A stretch of DNA of 64,000 nt from an uncultured Lachnospiraceae bacterium (GCA_902761225.1 CACWJQ010000014.1:12698-76697), one strand, 5' to 3'; positions 30,402 to 43,283 are shown, counted from the first letter of the stretch. Translations and numbers: made by a program. The notes: generated by a model not told the origin, from the letters alone.

Positions 30402-31645
30402 TTTACAAGCTCCTCTACGTTAACAGTCTCAGGATATCCGAGAACCGATCCTTCATCATAGAATCTGTAGCATGATACAAAGTGTGTATCGGATATCTTG
30501 ATCTCAGGGGGATAGTCACCTCCGACCTTGTCCACCTTGGCCTTGCATCTGTCGCACTGCATCTCGCAGCGGTCACGGAAATAGCAATAGTCCGGCATGT
30601 TTACGGGATTGGGTACGCTTCCCTCGATATTGTAAAGAGAATCAACCTTCTTGCCCACGACAGGCTTGGACTTCATAAGTCCTATGGTATAAGGATGAGC
30701 AGGATGATGGAAAATATCATCGGCGGTACCCTTTTCTATAACTCTTCCCGCATACATCACCACCACGTAGTCAGCCATGCTTGCAACAACTCCCAGGTCG
30801 TGGGTTATGAGCATGATCGACGAATTGATCTTGTCCTTGAGTGCAGACAGAAGATCGAGGATCTGCGCCTGGATGGTAACATCGAGTGCAGTGGTGGGCT
30901 CGTCTGCGATTATGAGTTCTGGGCTGCAGGCAAGAGCGATGGCAATCATGACACGCTGTCTCATTCCTCCCGAAAGCTCATGAGGATACATCTCATATAC
31001 ACCCTCTTTGTTGGCGATGCCTACCATCTCCAGCATCTCGAGTGTACGGTTCTTGATCTCTTCCTTGCTCATCTCGGGATGATGCAGCTCGAGAACCTCA
31101 TTGACCTGCATACCGATCTTGAATACTGGGTTAAGACTGGTCATGGGCTCCTGGAAGATCATGGACACCTTGTTGCCACGGATCTCCTGCATCTTGGATG
31201 TAGGTGTATTGACGATATTGTATGCGGTTCCGTCCCCGAGATTGAATCTTATCTCGCCGCCCACGGTCTGTCCGCTGGGGCGCTGGAGGAGCTGCATAAG
31301 GGAAAGGCTTGTAACGCTCTTTCCACATCCGGATTCTCCTACCACTCCTACAGTGGAGCACTTGGGAATGTTGAAGGAGATACCATCGACAGCCTTGACC
31401 ACACCCACGTCACTGAAGAAATAGGTGCAGACATTATCGAACTCGACGACATTCTTGTCATCCTTCATATGGGTCATATAAAGCGAAGGATCCTTCTTGG
31501 CATTAGCTCTGTCAGCTTCAAGCTTTTTGGTCACCTTGCGGTTAAACTTAGTGATCCTTCTTGATTCCTTGCCGGACATGAAAGAAGATTTATTCTCTTT
31601 ATTATCTTCCTTCTTCTCTTCTTTTATCTCTTTGTTATCAGCCAT
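30398..31645 (-). CDS. oppD: Oligopeptide ABC transporter ATP-binding subunit
   Basis: [28 protein letters not shown] and DEPTTALDV motifs. Confidence 0.9.
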   Translation of the reverse strand: MADNKEIKEEKKEDNKENKSSFMSGKESRRITKFNRKVTKKLEADRANAKKDPSLYMTHMKDDKNVVEFDNVCTYFFSDVGVVKAVDGISFNIPKCSTVGVVGESGCGKSVTSLSLMQLLQRPSGQTVGGEIRFNLGDGTAYNIVNTPTSKMQEIRGNKVSMIFQEPMTSLNPVFKIGMQVNEVLELHHPEMSKEEIKNRTLEMLEMVGIANKEGVYEMYPHELSGGMRQRVMIAIALACSPELIIADEPTTALDVTIQAQILDLLSALKDKINSSIMLITHDLGVVASMADYVVVMYAGRVIEKGTADDIFHHPAHPYTIGLMKSKPVVGKKVDSLYNIEGSVPNPVNMPDYCYFRDRCEMQCDRCKAKVDKVGGDYPPEIKISDTHFVSCYRFYDEGSVLGYPETVNVEELVK

Positions 31646-31675
31646 GATCAACCTCATTAATACAGATATGAATTA

Positions 31676-33709
31676 TTATCTCTTGGACTTAGGATCATAT
31701 GCATCTCTTAATCCGTCACCCACAAAGTTGAATGCGATTACGGTAAGACATATGAGAAGACCTACAGGGATCCAGATGTGCTGGTAATGTGCCATTGCCG
31801 TTGCGGAGGATACCGAGTTGATGATGGTTCCCCAGGTCGCCAGAGGGTGCTTGACTCCCAGGCCGAGGAAACTTAAGGTCGACTCGGTAAGAATGACCGA
31901 ACCCATACCCATGGTGGCAATGACGATCAGCTGCGGCATGACATTGGGGATAAGGTGACGGAAGATCCTGTCCTTGACCCTGATGCCTGTAGCCTCTGCA
32001 GCTACCATAAACTCCTGCTCTCGCAGTGAGAGGATCTGTCCTCTTACCATTCTGGCCACTCCTGCCCATCCCAGTATTCCGAGGGTTGCCATCATTATCA
32101 TCAGTCTTATGTAGGTATCCATTCTGAGTGAATCCATCATTGCACCGAGTATGATCATGATGGGAAGTGAAGGCAGGCAATAGAATATATCTACCATTCT
32201 CATGATGAGGTTATCGACCCAGCCTCCGTAATATCCGGCGAGACCGCCCATGATAACTCCAAGGATTATCTCCAGGAATACGACCACGAATCCGACCATC
32301 AGGGAGATCCTTCCGCCGTACATGACTCTGGCAAGAACATCGAAGCCGTCACCGTCGGTACCGAGGATATGCTCCTTCGAAGCAGGTGAGAACATATCGA
32401 TCAGATAGATGATCTGATCACAGTTGATCACATACTCTCCGGTATCTCTTCTCGTGATAACGAGTTCAGCCTCGGAGTACTTGAGATTGCCCTCCTCATC
32501 GTATGTGTACAGACCGCTCTCATCCTGAAGAGGGATGTTATATACAAGTGTCTCGGACTTGGCGCCTGTTTCAGCCATTGTAAGGACCAGCTCTTCGATC
32601 TCCTTCTTCAGATCGTATTCAATGCTGTCCTCACCGGTATAACGCCTTACGGAAAACTGTGACAGCTCTGCGATCTCGCCGCCATTCTCATCCTTGAGGA
32701 TCATAAGGCCTTCAGACTCGGCGACAACGTAGCTGTTTCCGTCAACCTTAAAGGATGTTCCGTCCATGATATGGGTAAGTGTATTGGCCTTAAGTTCATC
32801 CGAGATCTTCACATCGGAGGAAATGGCGTTGAAGGTAAGTCTGGTGAATACCATTGCAGCCTTTTCTCCGGATACAAAATACGCATCATATCCGTTAGTG
32901 CTCTCCACAAGGAAATATGTCTTACCGCTTACAACAAATGAATAAGCCTTGCTTCCTGCAGCTTTCTCGAAGGCTCCTTCAAATGATGCGGGAAGGTCTG
33001 TATCATACATCACAACACCGTTCATCTCGGAATAGATATTGTAGGACTTGGCTACATCCTTCTCGTAGGCATAGGTGACACCTTCGAATGTGAACTCTCC
33101 TCCGGCGCGGTTAAAATCAGCCTTAAGGGCTTCGAGAAGACCATCGATCTTCTGACCGTTAAATGTGATGGTGTCATCGATCATGTCATATGTGCCCACA
33201 AGTGCGCTTCCGGATCCTACCGATGCAACCTTCCTGGTGGCGACTGAAGAAAGATTGAATACATCATCATTTATCCTGTTCAGAAGAAATGCATCATCAT
33301 CTGCCACAAGGAGAGCTCCGTCACCGTCTGCGGCGATCAGCTTCTTGGCCATACTGTTTATAGAAGTGGTAACAGTCCTGGGAACAGTGATATCCGAAGA
33401 CAGCTTATAACCTGTATAGGAGGTGATCTCCTTGGCAAGTGCATAGTTGACATTCTGGGTATCGTACTTATAGAAGATCTCCTTCTGTCCGTAGGGATAG
33501 AACAGCGGACCGAGGAAAGAGAATACGAACATAAGTATAAGGAGACCGCTTCCGAATACGGCAAGACGGTTTCTCATGAATCTCTTGAAGACCTGTCTTC
33601 CGGGAGAAAGTACCTTGACACGGGAGACATCATCAAGTCCAACGCTGCCGGTCTTCTCAGTTTTACCGGCTTTCTGTTTCAGTATTTCATTCAGATTATA
33701 TGAAGCCAT
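31676..33709 (-). CDS. oppC: Oligopeptide ABC transporter permease with a large inserted soluble domain
   Basis: FMRNRLAVFG, then ~350 non-membrane residues, then HILGTDGDGFDVLARVMYGGRISL and EQEFMVAA...HLIPN. Confidence 0.88.
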   Translation of the reverse strand: MASYNLNEILKQKAGKTEKTGSVGLDDVSRVKVLSPGRQVFKRFMRNRLAVFGSGLLILMFVFSFLGPLFYPYGQKEIFYKYDTQNVNYALAKEITSYTGYKLSSDITVPRTVTTSINSMAKKLIAADGDGALLVADDDAFLLNRINDDVFNLSSVATRKVASVGSGSALVGTYDMIDDTITFNGQKIDGLLEALKADFNRAGGEFTFEGVTYAYEKDVAKSYNIYSEMNGVVMYDTDLPASFEGAFEKAAGSKAYSFVVSGKTYFLVESTNGYDAYFVSGEKAAMVFTRLTFNAISSDVKISDELKANTLTHIMDGTSFKVDGNSYVVAESEGLMILKDENGGEIAELSQFSVRRYTGEDSIEYDLKKEIEELVLTMAETGAKSETLVYNIPLQDESGLYTYDEEGNLKYSEAELVITRRDTGEYVINCDQIIYLIDMFSPASKEHILGTDGDGFDVLARVMYGGRISLMVGFVVVFLEIILGVIMGGLAGYYGGWVDNLIMRMVDIFYCLPSLPIMIILGAMMDSLRMDTYIRLMIMMATLGILGWAGVARMVRGQILSLREQEFMVAAEATGIRVKDRIFRHLIPNVMPQLIVIATMGMGSVILTESTLSFLGLGVKHPLATWGTIINSVSSATAMAHYQHIWIPVGLLICLTVIAFNFVGDGLRDAYDPKSKR

Positions 33710-33736
33710 AATTCCTTGATTCCTTTTCAAATAATA

Positions 33737-34726
33737 TCAGCTCAGACGGACTCTTGGGTCTACCGCTGCATACAGCAGATCGGAGATCAGGTTGCCGAGA
33801 AGTGTCAGGACTGAGATAAATGCAAGATAGAACATGATGAACGGGATATCCGCCTGTGTCATGGAATTGTAGGAAGCATAGCCGATTCCTCTGATACCGA
33901 ACAGCGTCTCCGTGATAAGTGCTCCGGAGAAAAGTCCGGGAAGCGAACCGCCGAGCATTGTAACAAGAGGGATAAGAGTATTTCTGAAAGCGTGCTTTCC
34001 GATGACCTTCTTCTCGGGAACGCCCTTTGCACGGGCAGTTCTGATGTAATCGGAATTCAGCACTTCAAGCATATTTGTACGGGTATAGCGCATCAGGCTT
34101 CCGATACCGACAACGGTAAGTGTTACGGCAGGAAGAACAAAATGTTTCGCCAGATCCAGGAATTTTCCGAATGTAGATAAGAACTGATAGTCACGGCCCT
34201 GCATACCGGTGAGGTCCACCCATCCGAGCTTGACCGCAAATACATACTTAAGAAGCGTCGCCAGGAAGAATGTGGGAAGGGATATACTCACCATGGCGAC
34301 GACTGTGGTGAAATAATCCGTGAAGCTGTACTGCTTCTTGGCCGCTGTGATACCCAGCGGTATTGCTATAAGTATTTCGAAGATAAATGAAACGAGTCCG
34401 AGTACAAAACTGTACCATACAGTGTCATTGAACTTCTCGATAACGGGAATGGTCCAGACCCAGCTGTCACCCCAGTCACCGCGAACGGCACTGTGAAGCC
34501 AAACGAAGTAACCCTGTACCACACCCTTGTCCATACCGTACTGCGCGTTCAGATCAGCCAGCCACTCCGTATAGCTCTTGGTTGCTCCGGGACGGGATGC
34601 AAGCTCTCTTGCCTTGGTCTCCACGAAGCTCATCGGCATGTTATACATCAGTACGTAAATGAGAAACATGACGAAGAAAAGGATAAGTACACTGTAAAGT
34701 AATCGTTTGGTTATAAACTTTGCCAT
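33737..34726 (-). CDS. oppB: Oligopeptide ABC transporter permease
   Basis: GDWGDSW, MLEVLNSDYIRTARAKG, HAFRN and DPRVR motifs. Confidence 0.92.
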   Translation of the reverse strand: MAKFITKRLLYSVLILFFVMFLIYVLMYNMPMSFVETKARELASRPGATKSYTEWLADLNAQYGMDKGVVQGYFVWLHSAVRGDWGDSWVWTIPVIEKFNDTVWYSFVLGLVSFIFEILIAIPLGITAAKKQYSFTDYFTTVVAMVSISLPTFFLATLLKYVFAVKLGWVDLTGMQGRDYQFLSTFGKFLDLAKHFVLPAVTLTVVGIGSLMRYTRTNMLEVLNSDYIRTARAKGVPEKKVIGKHAFRNTLIPLVTMLGGSLPGLFSGALITETLFGIRGIGYASYNSMTQADIPFIMFYLAFISVLTLLGNLISDLLYAAVDPRVRLS

Positions 34727-34806
34727 TTTAAATCCTGCCTTTTAAACCGTTTCGGAGAGGAGGCGCATGTCCCCCTCTCCTTTCACGGAAATTATAATGC
34801 TGATGA

Positions 34807-37137
34807 TTATTTGGTAGCCATGGTATTGATCTCAGCATACCATCCCCAATAAGGAGTCATATCCTGAGGAATGGTTGCGATATCGATACGCTCGGTTGAG
34901 AAGGTGGTGCAATCCTTTCTCTGATAAAGAGGAAGCTCGCAGCCCCAATCCATGATGATCTCCATAGCCTCTTTGTAGATTGACTTTCTCTCTTCGGTAT
35001 CAGCGCTTGCACGTCCTGCTCTGATGAGTTCGTCGAGTTCGGAATCATCTACTGCATAGTGGTTGGAGTTGGTTCCGTTACCATGTGCATTTGCACTTGA
35101 ATAAACCTGGGTCATGTCGGGATCTACGGTAGCCTGCCAAGCAGCTGCCCACATCATAGCGGTATTGGACTCAAGAGCATTGTTCCAAACGCTGGTTCCT
35201 ACGTCGTTAACCTGGAGCTTGATGCCGAGCTCTTCAAGAACTTCGGATGCTGCAACGGCAACACCGTATGCAGGGTGATCCTGAGTTCCCTGTCCGGGGA
35301 TCATGATCTCGTAGGTCTGAGTGCAGTCGGTGAACTTTCCGCTTGCTTCATCAAAGGTAAATCCTGCAGCCTTGAAGTATCCGATGGCTGCCTCTCTTGC
35401 TGCTGCGTAACGCTGCTCTTCGTTCATTGAAGAATCATAGATGGCATTTCCGTCAACATCAACTGAGTAAGCGGTAACATATCCTTCATCTGCAGGCTGA
35501 GGTGCTGCCCATGAGGTATTGGAGATGGGATACTGGATAACAGCTGCACGGTCTCCGTAGTAAGAGTTGATAACTGTATCACGGTAAACAGAGAACAGGG
35601 TCATGAATCCCTTACGAAGATTCTTGGATGCCTCTGAAGAAGGATCTCCGCCGACATTTACAAGATCTGCGCTGATTCCGAGATATCCGTATCCACGGTA
35701 GTCAACAAGTACTGTAGTGATGGTATTTCCTACAAGCTGTCCGCCGTTAGCGTCCTTGATAGCCTTAACAACATCATCGCTGATGGAGGGAACTGCGATA
35801 TCGAAGGAACCGGTAACGATACCGGGAACATAGTCGGAATCAACAGACTCCTGAAGAAGGAGGTATGTGGTCTTAGGCTCTCCGTCGAAGTAATAAGGAT
35901 TAGCCTTAAGAGTTACAACACCGTTTGAATATCCTTCGTAGGTATAAGGTCCGCATCCGAGAGGCTGGGTATTCTTAGCCTTTACTCCGGAAAGGTCACC
36001 CTTTACGAAGCCGAAGCTGTTGTTATCGTAGTCATAAAGAGCAGTATCACCATAGTAGTGAAGAGGAGCGATGGTGAATGCCATGTTGTAGATGGCGGTA
36101 GCATCGAACTCAGTCATATGAATGGTGAGGCTGTGGTCTCCGGTCCTGATGACACCTGAAATGCTGTCAGCTGACTCGCCGGTTGAAACACCGGACTCAA
36201 AGTCTGCGCCAAGTGCAGCAATGGTAAGAGAAAGTCTGGTGGATCCTGCAGACTCTACTGACTCAGCGGTCTCAGCATCATTATCATATGCCTCAAGAAT
36301 GGCATCCCAGAAATCCTGAGCTGTAGCTGACTCAGGGATATCGAATCCCCAGTTTGCAGCACATGCGGAAACTGAATCATCGGGAGCGTTGTATCCGTTA
36401 TCGATACAGTAGTCAACGATCTCCTGTGCAAAATCCGCACCTGCGTTGTTGTTGTAATAATCCCAGAACTTGGTGTACTGAGCTTCGGTGTAGAGGTCGT
36501 TAGCGGCATATCCGCCCTCGCCTGCAGCGAAGATAACGTTTCCTCTTGAATCCATGCCGCCGCGGTATGCATCCATTCCCTCGATGGGAAGTGCATAGAT
36601 GGTGGAGCTTCCGTCGTAGGTAGGATCACAGAGAACATAGATGGTGAAGATGACATCATCGATGGTAGCATCAACACCGTCAGAGAACTTGATGCCTTCC
36701 TTCATGGTAAGGTTGTAGTCAACAGATCCGTCGGCATTCTGAACAACCTCAACATTACCCATTCCGTCATAGTGATAATCAGATCCGTTGTAAACAACGT
36801 TCTCACCTGCGATACCGTTGTTGATGACAGCACCGCCACGGTCTGCTGCGAGGAGTCCGCCCTGGGTAAGATCGACAACCTCCATATCATAAGCGGTTGT
36901 TGCGAAGAAGGGGCTGAACTTCTGACCAAAGGTGGAGGTAGCGTACACGATGGTAGTATCTCCGGCAGGTGCAGGGGTCTGGCCCTGATCCGGTGCGGGA
37001 TCAGTGTTTCCTCCCTGGCTCTGATCTTCTACTGTGTCTGCGGGTACGGCAGGTGTGTTTTCCTGCGAACAGCCGGCGATCATTGAGAGCGTCATGCCTG
37101 CAGAAAGAAGAAGAGCCAAAACTTTCTTGCTTTTCAT
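34807..37137 (-). CDS. oppA: Oligopeptide-binding lipoprotein
   Basis: Lipobox MIAGC; FSPFFA, FSDG, GCGPY and ELPLYQR family-5 SBP motifs. Confidence 0.88.
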   Translation of the reverse strand: MKSKKVLALLLSAGMTLSMIAGCSQENTPAVPADTVEDQSQGGNTDPAPDQGQTPAPAGDTTIVYATSTFGQKFSPFFATTAYDMEVVDLTQGGLLAADRGGAVINNGIAGENVVYNGSDYHYDGMGNVEVVQNADGSVDYNLTMKEGIKFSDGVDATIDDVIFTIYVLCDPTYDGSSTIYALPIEGMDAYRGGMDSRGNVIFAAGEGGYAANDLYTEAQYTKFWDYYNNNAGADFAQEIVDYCIDNGYNAPDDSVSACAANWGFDIPESATAQDFWDAILEAYDNDAETAESVESAGSTRLSLTIAALGADFESGVSTGESADSISGVIRTGDHSLTIHMTEFDATAIYNMAFTIAPLHYYGDTALYDYDNNSFGFVKGDLSGVKAKNTQPLGCGPYTYEGYSNGVVTLKANPYYFDGEPKTTYLLLQESVDSDYVPGIVTGSFDIAVPSISDDVVKAIKDANGGQLVGNTITTVLVDYRGYGYLGISADLVNVGGDPSSEASKNLRKGFMTLFSVYRDTVINSYYGDRAAVIQYPISNTSWAAPQPADEGYVTAYSVDVDGNAIYDSSMNEEQRYAAAREAAIGYFKAAGFTFDEASGKFTDCTQTYEIMIPGQGTQDHPAYGVAVAASEVLEELGIKLQVNDVGTSVWNNALESNTAMMWAAAWQATVDPDMTQVYSSANAHGNGTNSNHYAVDDSELDELIRAGRASADTEERKSIYKEAMEIIMDWGCELPLYQRKDCTTFSTERIDIATIPQDMTPYWGWYAEINTMATK

Positions 37138-37221
37138 TTTTTCAATTCCTCCTTTTATACTCTACCCCGGTAAAGTCACCGGGAAATATAACACATCCGA
37201 ATCCGGATGAAGTTAACATAT

Positions 37222-37602
37222 TCAGTGTCTGTCCGGAGCCTTATTCTCCACTGTCTCCGCGAATCCCTTTGCCCTGAAGATCATAACGGAACAGATAAAA
37301 AGAAGCAGTGTGCTTACCGTGATCACGGTATCTGCCGCAAGAAATCCGTTTTTTACATGCCATATGATCTGTCCCACGAAAGATGTGAAGGAAAAGATCA
37401 TATCAAAAAGCGACCAGATGGCCAGCCTCTCAAATCCGGCCTTTACCTCGTCACGCTTTAGAGGCTCGGATGAACGCAGGTAACATACAAGGCCCATCAC
37501 CAGATGTATATCCGCAAAAAGGCATACTATAAAGGGAAGGGAGGTATACCACTTATGCATCAGTTCATTCGCCATAAGTTCCGAAATTCTGTCGGGGTCC
37601 AT
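37222..37602 (-). CDS. Small hypothetical membrane protein (three TM helices)
   Basis: 126-aa hydrophobic ORF. Confidence 0.65.
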   Translation of the reverse strand: MDPDRISELMANELMHKWYTSLPFIVCLFADIHLVMGLVCYLRSSEPLKRDEVKAGFERLAIWSLFDMIFSFTSFVGQIIWHVKNGFLAADTVITVSTLLLFICSVMIFRAKGFAETVENKAPDRH

Positions 37603-37665
37603 AATCGGAATCTATTTTAACATATTTTCATACAAAAATGCCCAAAAAAATCAATAAAATGCACA

Positions 37666-37700
37666 AAAAAAGGGTTTTCCGGAAACGAAAAACCCTTTTG
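37666..37700. terminator. Bidirectional-type terminator
   Basis: AAAAGGGTTTTC...GAAAACCCTTTT inverted repeat flanked by A and T runs. Confidence 0.65.
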
Positions 37701-37788
37701 GACGATCACAGATCTCCGGAATGCGCGAAAACACTGATCATGATGGTGCAGTTCGGAAACTGTTTTAAAATATTTAGTTTACATTTTT

Positions 37789-39453
37789 TTATCTGTTCAT
37801 CAGAAAATGAGGTGAAAGTGATGCAAAAAGCATTCCGAGAAGCAGATTACATACCGCACCGATCATCAGGAATACTGCAACCTGTCCCAGCAATACTCCT
37901 GCCACCACAAAAGCTGCGGCGGGGATCATTCCGAAGTAGATAAATATCACCTGAAGCATTGTCTTGATCGTCTGTGCATGATCTCCGGGCACGGACAGAT
38001 TGATGAACGTGCCGACGGTGGTACCGAATACCGATACGCTGAGCAGGAACACAAACCACAGGATCACATTAAGCGGCGAAGTTCCGACCAGCGCTCCGGA
38101 AAGGATAATGGGCACCGACAGATCGATGGCCGTGACAACAATGCTTCCCATAAGTGATGCCATTATCTTCTTAAAAGGGCTTTCCGGAACAAGCACGAAG
38201 AATTCTCTGGATGTATCCTCACTGAGAGGATTTCCCAGTGTCCTGTAAAATGCGATAACAAGCAGCAATGCACCCGGCACGATAAACGGATCTATGCTGA
38301 GCTTTGTATCCCTTATCAGATAGATCGAGAAAAGGGACACTGCGAGAGCTATGAGCATTGTCTTGGAAAAGATCCTGAATATCCCGAAACGGAAACGGTT
38401 GATCAGTGACTTGTAGAAGAAAACACTTGCGCCGAAGCCGTAATGGAAGCCGTCTCTTACAAGCTTATCGCTTCTGCTCTTCTCTCTTGTAGCCACCGCT
38501 CCCTTGTCCGCATTCCTGGCATCCTCCAGTCTGGAGGCTATCTTCTCTGCAGCAAACATGGCATCCTCATAGAAATCAGCCTTTATATTCCATATCAGGA
38601 TGACGATACCCACGCACGCAATGACAAAGAGTACAGTATAGATAACCGACTTGACGGCATCTCCGCATACAGCATGGTAGATCATGCCTCTGATCCATCC
38701 GTAGAAGGGGATCCAGAAGGTCTTCTTGCTTCCGAAAAACGATAAGGCCGCAGGTATGGCATCCTTGCCCGAAAGGGTCTTATATATGATAAAGCAGACA
38801 CCCAGCACGCCGTAGAAGATATAGGTTCCGTTAGTCGCCCACTTGCTTTTACCCTTTTCTCCCCTGCATACGATGGTATAGAAGGATACCTGGATCAGGG
38901 TACTGAACACCATTACAAGGCCGTAAGCGATTATGATGGAAAATGCAGCCCATGTACTAAAGCCCGCATTGTATATAAGATTGGGGATCTGGAACATCAT
39001 GTACAGGCACATGAACAGGGTAAAACCAAGATTCATGAGAAGTCTGAACATCAGGACCGATTGCGGCTTTAGCGGCGAAGAGAAAAGCATCGGAACATCG
39101 GCCGGCTTGAAAAGCTGTCCCGACTTCCCGGAGTTTGTTATGCTTAGAGTGATCATGAAAAAGAATGCCGCAACAACGATCAGGTCTGTCACATCGGCCT
39201 TATCCAGATCATAGTTCTGCATAAAGGTGGTAAGAGCACCGGGCTCATCAGCCAAATCTTCAGGCTCATCTTCTTCCTCCGTTACGGTTTCTTCACTGAT
39301 GGTTCCCGCAATCTTAGGGACTATGGTTCCCACAACAAACCCGACGACTCCGCCCATCACCATAATGATCAGAAAAAACGCAACCCAGGTCTTAAGAAGC
39401 TTTTTGATCGTATTGATCGCAGTATGAATGAAATAATAGAGAAAGAGTCTCAT
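37789..39453 (-). CDS. Putative ABC exporter membrane subunit
   Basis: Multi-TM protein (FKPADVPMLFSSP, DFYEDA); translationally coupled to the ATPase gene. Confidence 0.8.
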   Translation of the reverse strand: MRLFLYYFIHTAINTIKKLLKTWVAFFLIIMVMGGVVGFVVGTIVPKIAGTISEETVTEEEDEPEDLADEPGALTTFMQNYDLDKADVTDLIVVAAFFFMITLSITNSGKSGQLFKPADVPMLFSSPLKPQSVLMFRLLMNLGFTLFMCLYMMFQIPNLIYNAGFSTWAAFSIIIAYGLVMVFSTLIQVSFYTIVCRGEKGKSKWATNGTYIFYGVLGVCFIIYKTLSGKDAIPAALSFFGSKKTFWIPFYGWIRGMIYHAVCGDAVKSVIYTVLFVIACVGIVILIWNIKADFYEDAMFAAEKIASRLEDARNADKGAVATREKSRSDKLVRDGFHYGFGASVFFYKSLINRFRFGIFRIFSKTMLIALAVSLFSIYLIRDTKLSIDPFIVPGALLLVIAFYRTLGNPLSEDTSREFFVLVPESPFKKIMASLMGSIVVTAIDLSVPIILSGALVGTSPLNVILWFVFLLSVSVFGTTVGTFINLSVPGDHAQTIKTMLQVIFIYFGMIPAAAFVVAGVLLGQVAVFLMIGAVCNLLLGMLFASLSPHFLMNR

Positions 39454-40217
39454 CAGACACCTGCCTCCTTCTCAGGAGAAGCGGTCTGCTCCGGCTTATC
39501 TTCGCTCAGATCCTCCTTGCTGAGTCCTTCGGTAACTTCGAAGAAAAGATCCTCCAGACTGATGTTTCTTCCCTCTATCTCATTCTTGGTAACTCTTGCT
39601 TTTACCGTTCCGCCCTGCATGATTATGGCCTGATCCCAGAGCATATCCACGCTGTCGATGATATGTGTGCTTACAAGCATGGTCTTTCCTGCCTGACGCA
39701 TCTCCTCTATCATCTTCTTCAGTTCCTTGATGGCATGAGGATCGAGTCCGAGCAACGGCTCATCAAGAAGCAGGATATCCGGATCAGGAAGAAGGCCTAT
39801 GCAGAGGTTAAGCTTCTGCTGCATGCCCTTTGAAAGTTCATCACCGAATTTCTTTTTCTTGTCTGCCAGTTCAAAACGCTCGAGAAGTTCATCGATCCTG
39901 CCCTTGTAATCGGTCATCTTATAAGCGCGGGCGATGAATTCCATATGCTCCACAACAGTCAGGGTGGGATACAGTGAAGGCATCTCAGGAATATATCCGA
40001 GAACTCTTCTGGCTTCGGATGTCTTGTTCGGGATACCGTTTACGGTGATGGAACCGCTGTACTTGAGAAATCCGATTATGGACTTCATGATGGTGCTCTT
40101 TCCGGCACCATTGGGACCGAGAAGGACTGAAAGGCTTCCCGGATCAAGGACGAAGGATACATCGTTACAGGCAATGTTCTTGCCGTATTTTTTGGTTACA
40201 TGATCAACTACAAGCAT
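39453..40217 (-). CDS. ABC transporter ATP-binding protein
   Basis: GPNGAGKST, LSKGMQQK and LLLDEP motifs. Confidence 0.92.
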   Translation of the reverse strand: MLVVDHVTKKYGKNIACNDVSFVLDPGSLSVLLGPNGAGKSTIMKSIIGFLKYSGSITVNGIPNKTSEARRVLGYIPEMPSLYPTLTVVEHMEFIARAYKMTDYKGRIDELLERFELADKKKKFGDELSKGMQQKLNLCIGLLPDPDILLLDEPLLGLDPHAIKELKKMIEEMRQAGKTMLVSTHIIDSVDMLWDQAIIMQGGTVKARVTKNEIEGRNISLEDLFFEVTEGLSKEDLSEDKPEQTASPEKEAGV

Positions 40218-40311
40218 ATTATTCTCCCCAGAAAAAAGTATGATAAAAACAAACATAGAAAGATTAACACATTATGAGGGAAAAAGGTATAGACTGACGA
40301 TACTGCGATTG

Positions 40312-40464
40312 GCAGATATGAGCCGTGCTCATTCGGAAATCTCACTGCGTTCGATTTCCTCATGTCGGGCTTCGCCCTATTAAAATAATAAAATGCCCTT
40401 GCCATTCTGCGTGCGAGCACGCTCATGGCAAGGGCATTTATTATTTTAGCACGGCTCAGTTTGC
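40312..40464. repeat. Nested inverted-repeat element including the groEL terminator (MITE/REP-like)
   Basis: Terminal IR TGAGCCGTGCT (40319-40329)/AGCACGGCTCA (40448-40458); internal hairpins; long IR 40381-40448. Confidence 0.5.
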
Positions 40465-40466
40465 GA

Positions 40467-42397
<1,931 letters not shown>

Positions 42398-42446
42398 ATC
42401 ATTGCCTCCTTCTTAACGCATATGAATGCGTTTTATGCTTTCTTTG

Positions 42447-42473
42447 TTAGCACTCGATTTATTTGAGTGCTAA
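42447..42473. promoter_or_regulatory. CIRCE (HrcA operator)
   Basis: Exact TTAGCACTC-N9-GAGTGCTAA; upstream minus-strand promoter TTGCAT-17-TAATAT at 42486-42514. Confidence 0.97.
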
Positions 42474-42611
42474 TTGACATTACATATATTAGTATTTCCA
42501 CTTTTGAAATGCAAGAAAAAATATCATATTTTCCAAAATTTTTTATTTTCCCGGAAGGAAATAAAAAACCGGCCGCATAAAGCGGCCGGCAAAAGTCCTG
42601 TACGTAAGCTG

Positions 42612-43283
42612 TCAGATCTTGATCTCCAGATATCCCACAAGCTTGCTCATGTCATACTCTTCCATGATACCGAGATTGGGATCGTAGTATTTTCCGTCAA
42701 AATAGAGAAGATAATGGCTGAAACGTCCCATCTTCTCCATGAGGATGGCACATTTGGGAAGGACCACCTTCTCTCCCTCAGCAGGATATACGATGATATC
42801 GGTATGGTCGATGCCGTAGTAATTAAGAGCGGAAATCAGTCTTCCCATGGTGCCCTGCCACTCACGGCAGTCCATGACTGCAATGACATCGGCGATGGTA
42901 ACACCGGCGAGCATTGCGATACAGGTCTGTCCGCAGAGTCCGTCTCCGGGTTGGATGATAAGCTCGACGGAATCGATCTTCCTGATGGGCTTATCAAAAC
43001 TGTAGGGTGAATTCTGATCCATCCTGATCAGGGAATCCTTGATATGCAGGAGAAGCTTGTGTGTGGAATCATAGTCCACCTTAAGCTCTGTGCCTGCAGG
43101 GATCACGATCTTATAACGTCCCTTCTCAAGAGGTATCAGGGTGCAGTCGATGATCTGATTGTCCACCACGATATCTGCGCTGATTTCCTCACGCTGCTTG
43201 CATACTTCCCAGATATTGAAGGGTATCTGGATCTGAACCTCTCCGTTTTCCTTTTCGATATTGGATGTAAAATAATATCTCAT
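42612..43283 (-). CDS. Two-domain protein: DUF1905-like N-terminus plus C39/papain-like peptidase domain
   Basis: N-terminal QIPFNIWEV pattern; C-terminal QPGDGLCGQTCIAML...HYLLY...YDP (Cys-His-Asp). Start MRYYF. Confidence 0.55.
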   Translation of the reverse strand: MRYYFTSNIEKENGEVQIQIPFNIWEVCKQREEISADIVVDNQIIDCTLIPLEKGRYKIVIPAGTELKVDYDSTHKLLLHIKDSLIRMDQNSPYSFDKPIRKIDSVELIIQPGDGLCGQTCIAMLAGVTIADVIAVMDCREWQGTMGRLISALNYYGIDHTDIIVYPAEGEKVVLPKCAILMEKMGRFSHYLLYFDGKYYDPNLGIMEEYDMSKLVGYLEIKI

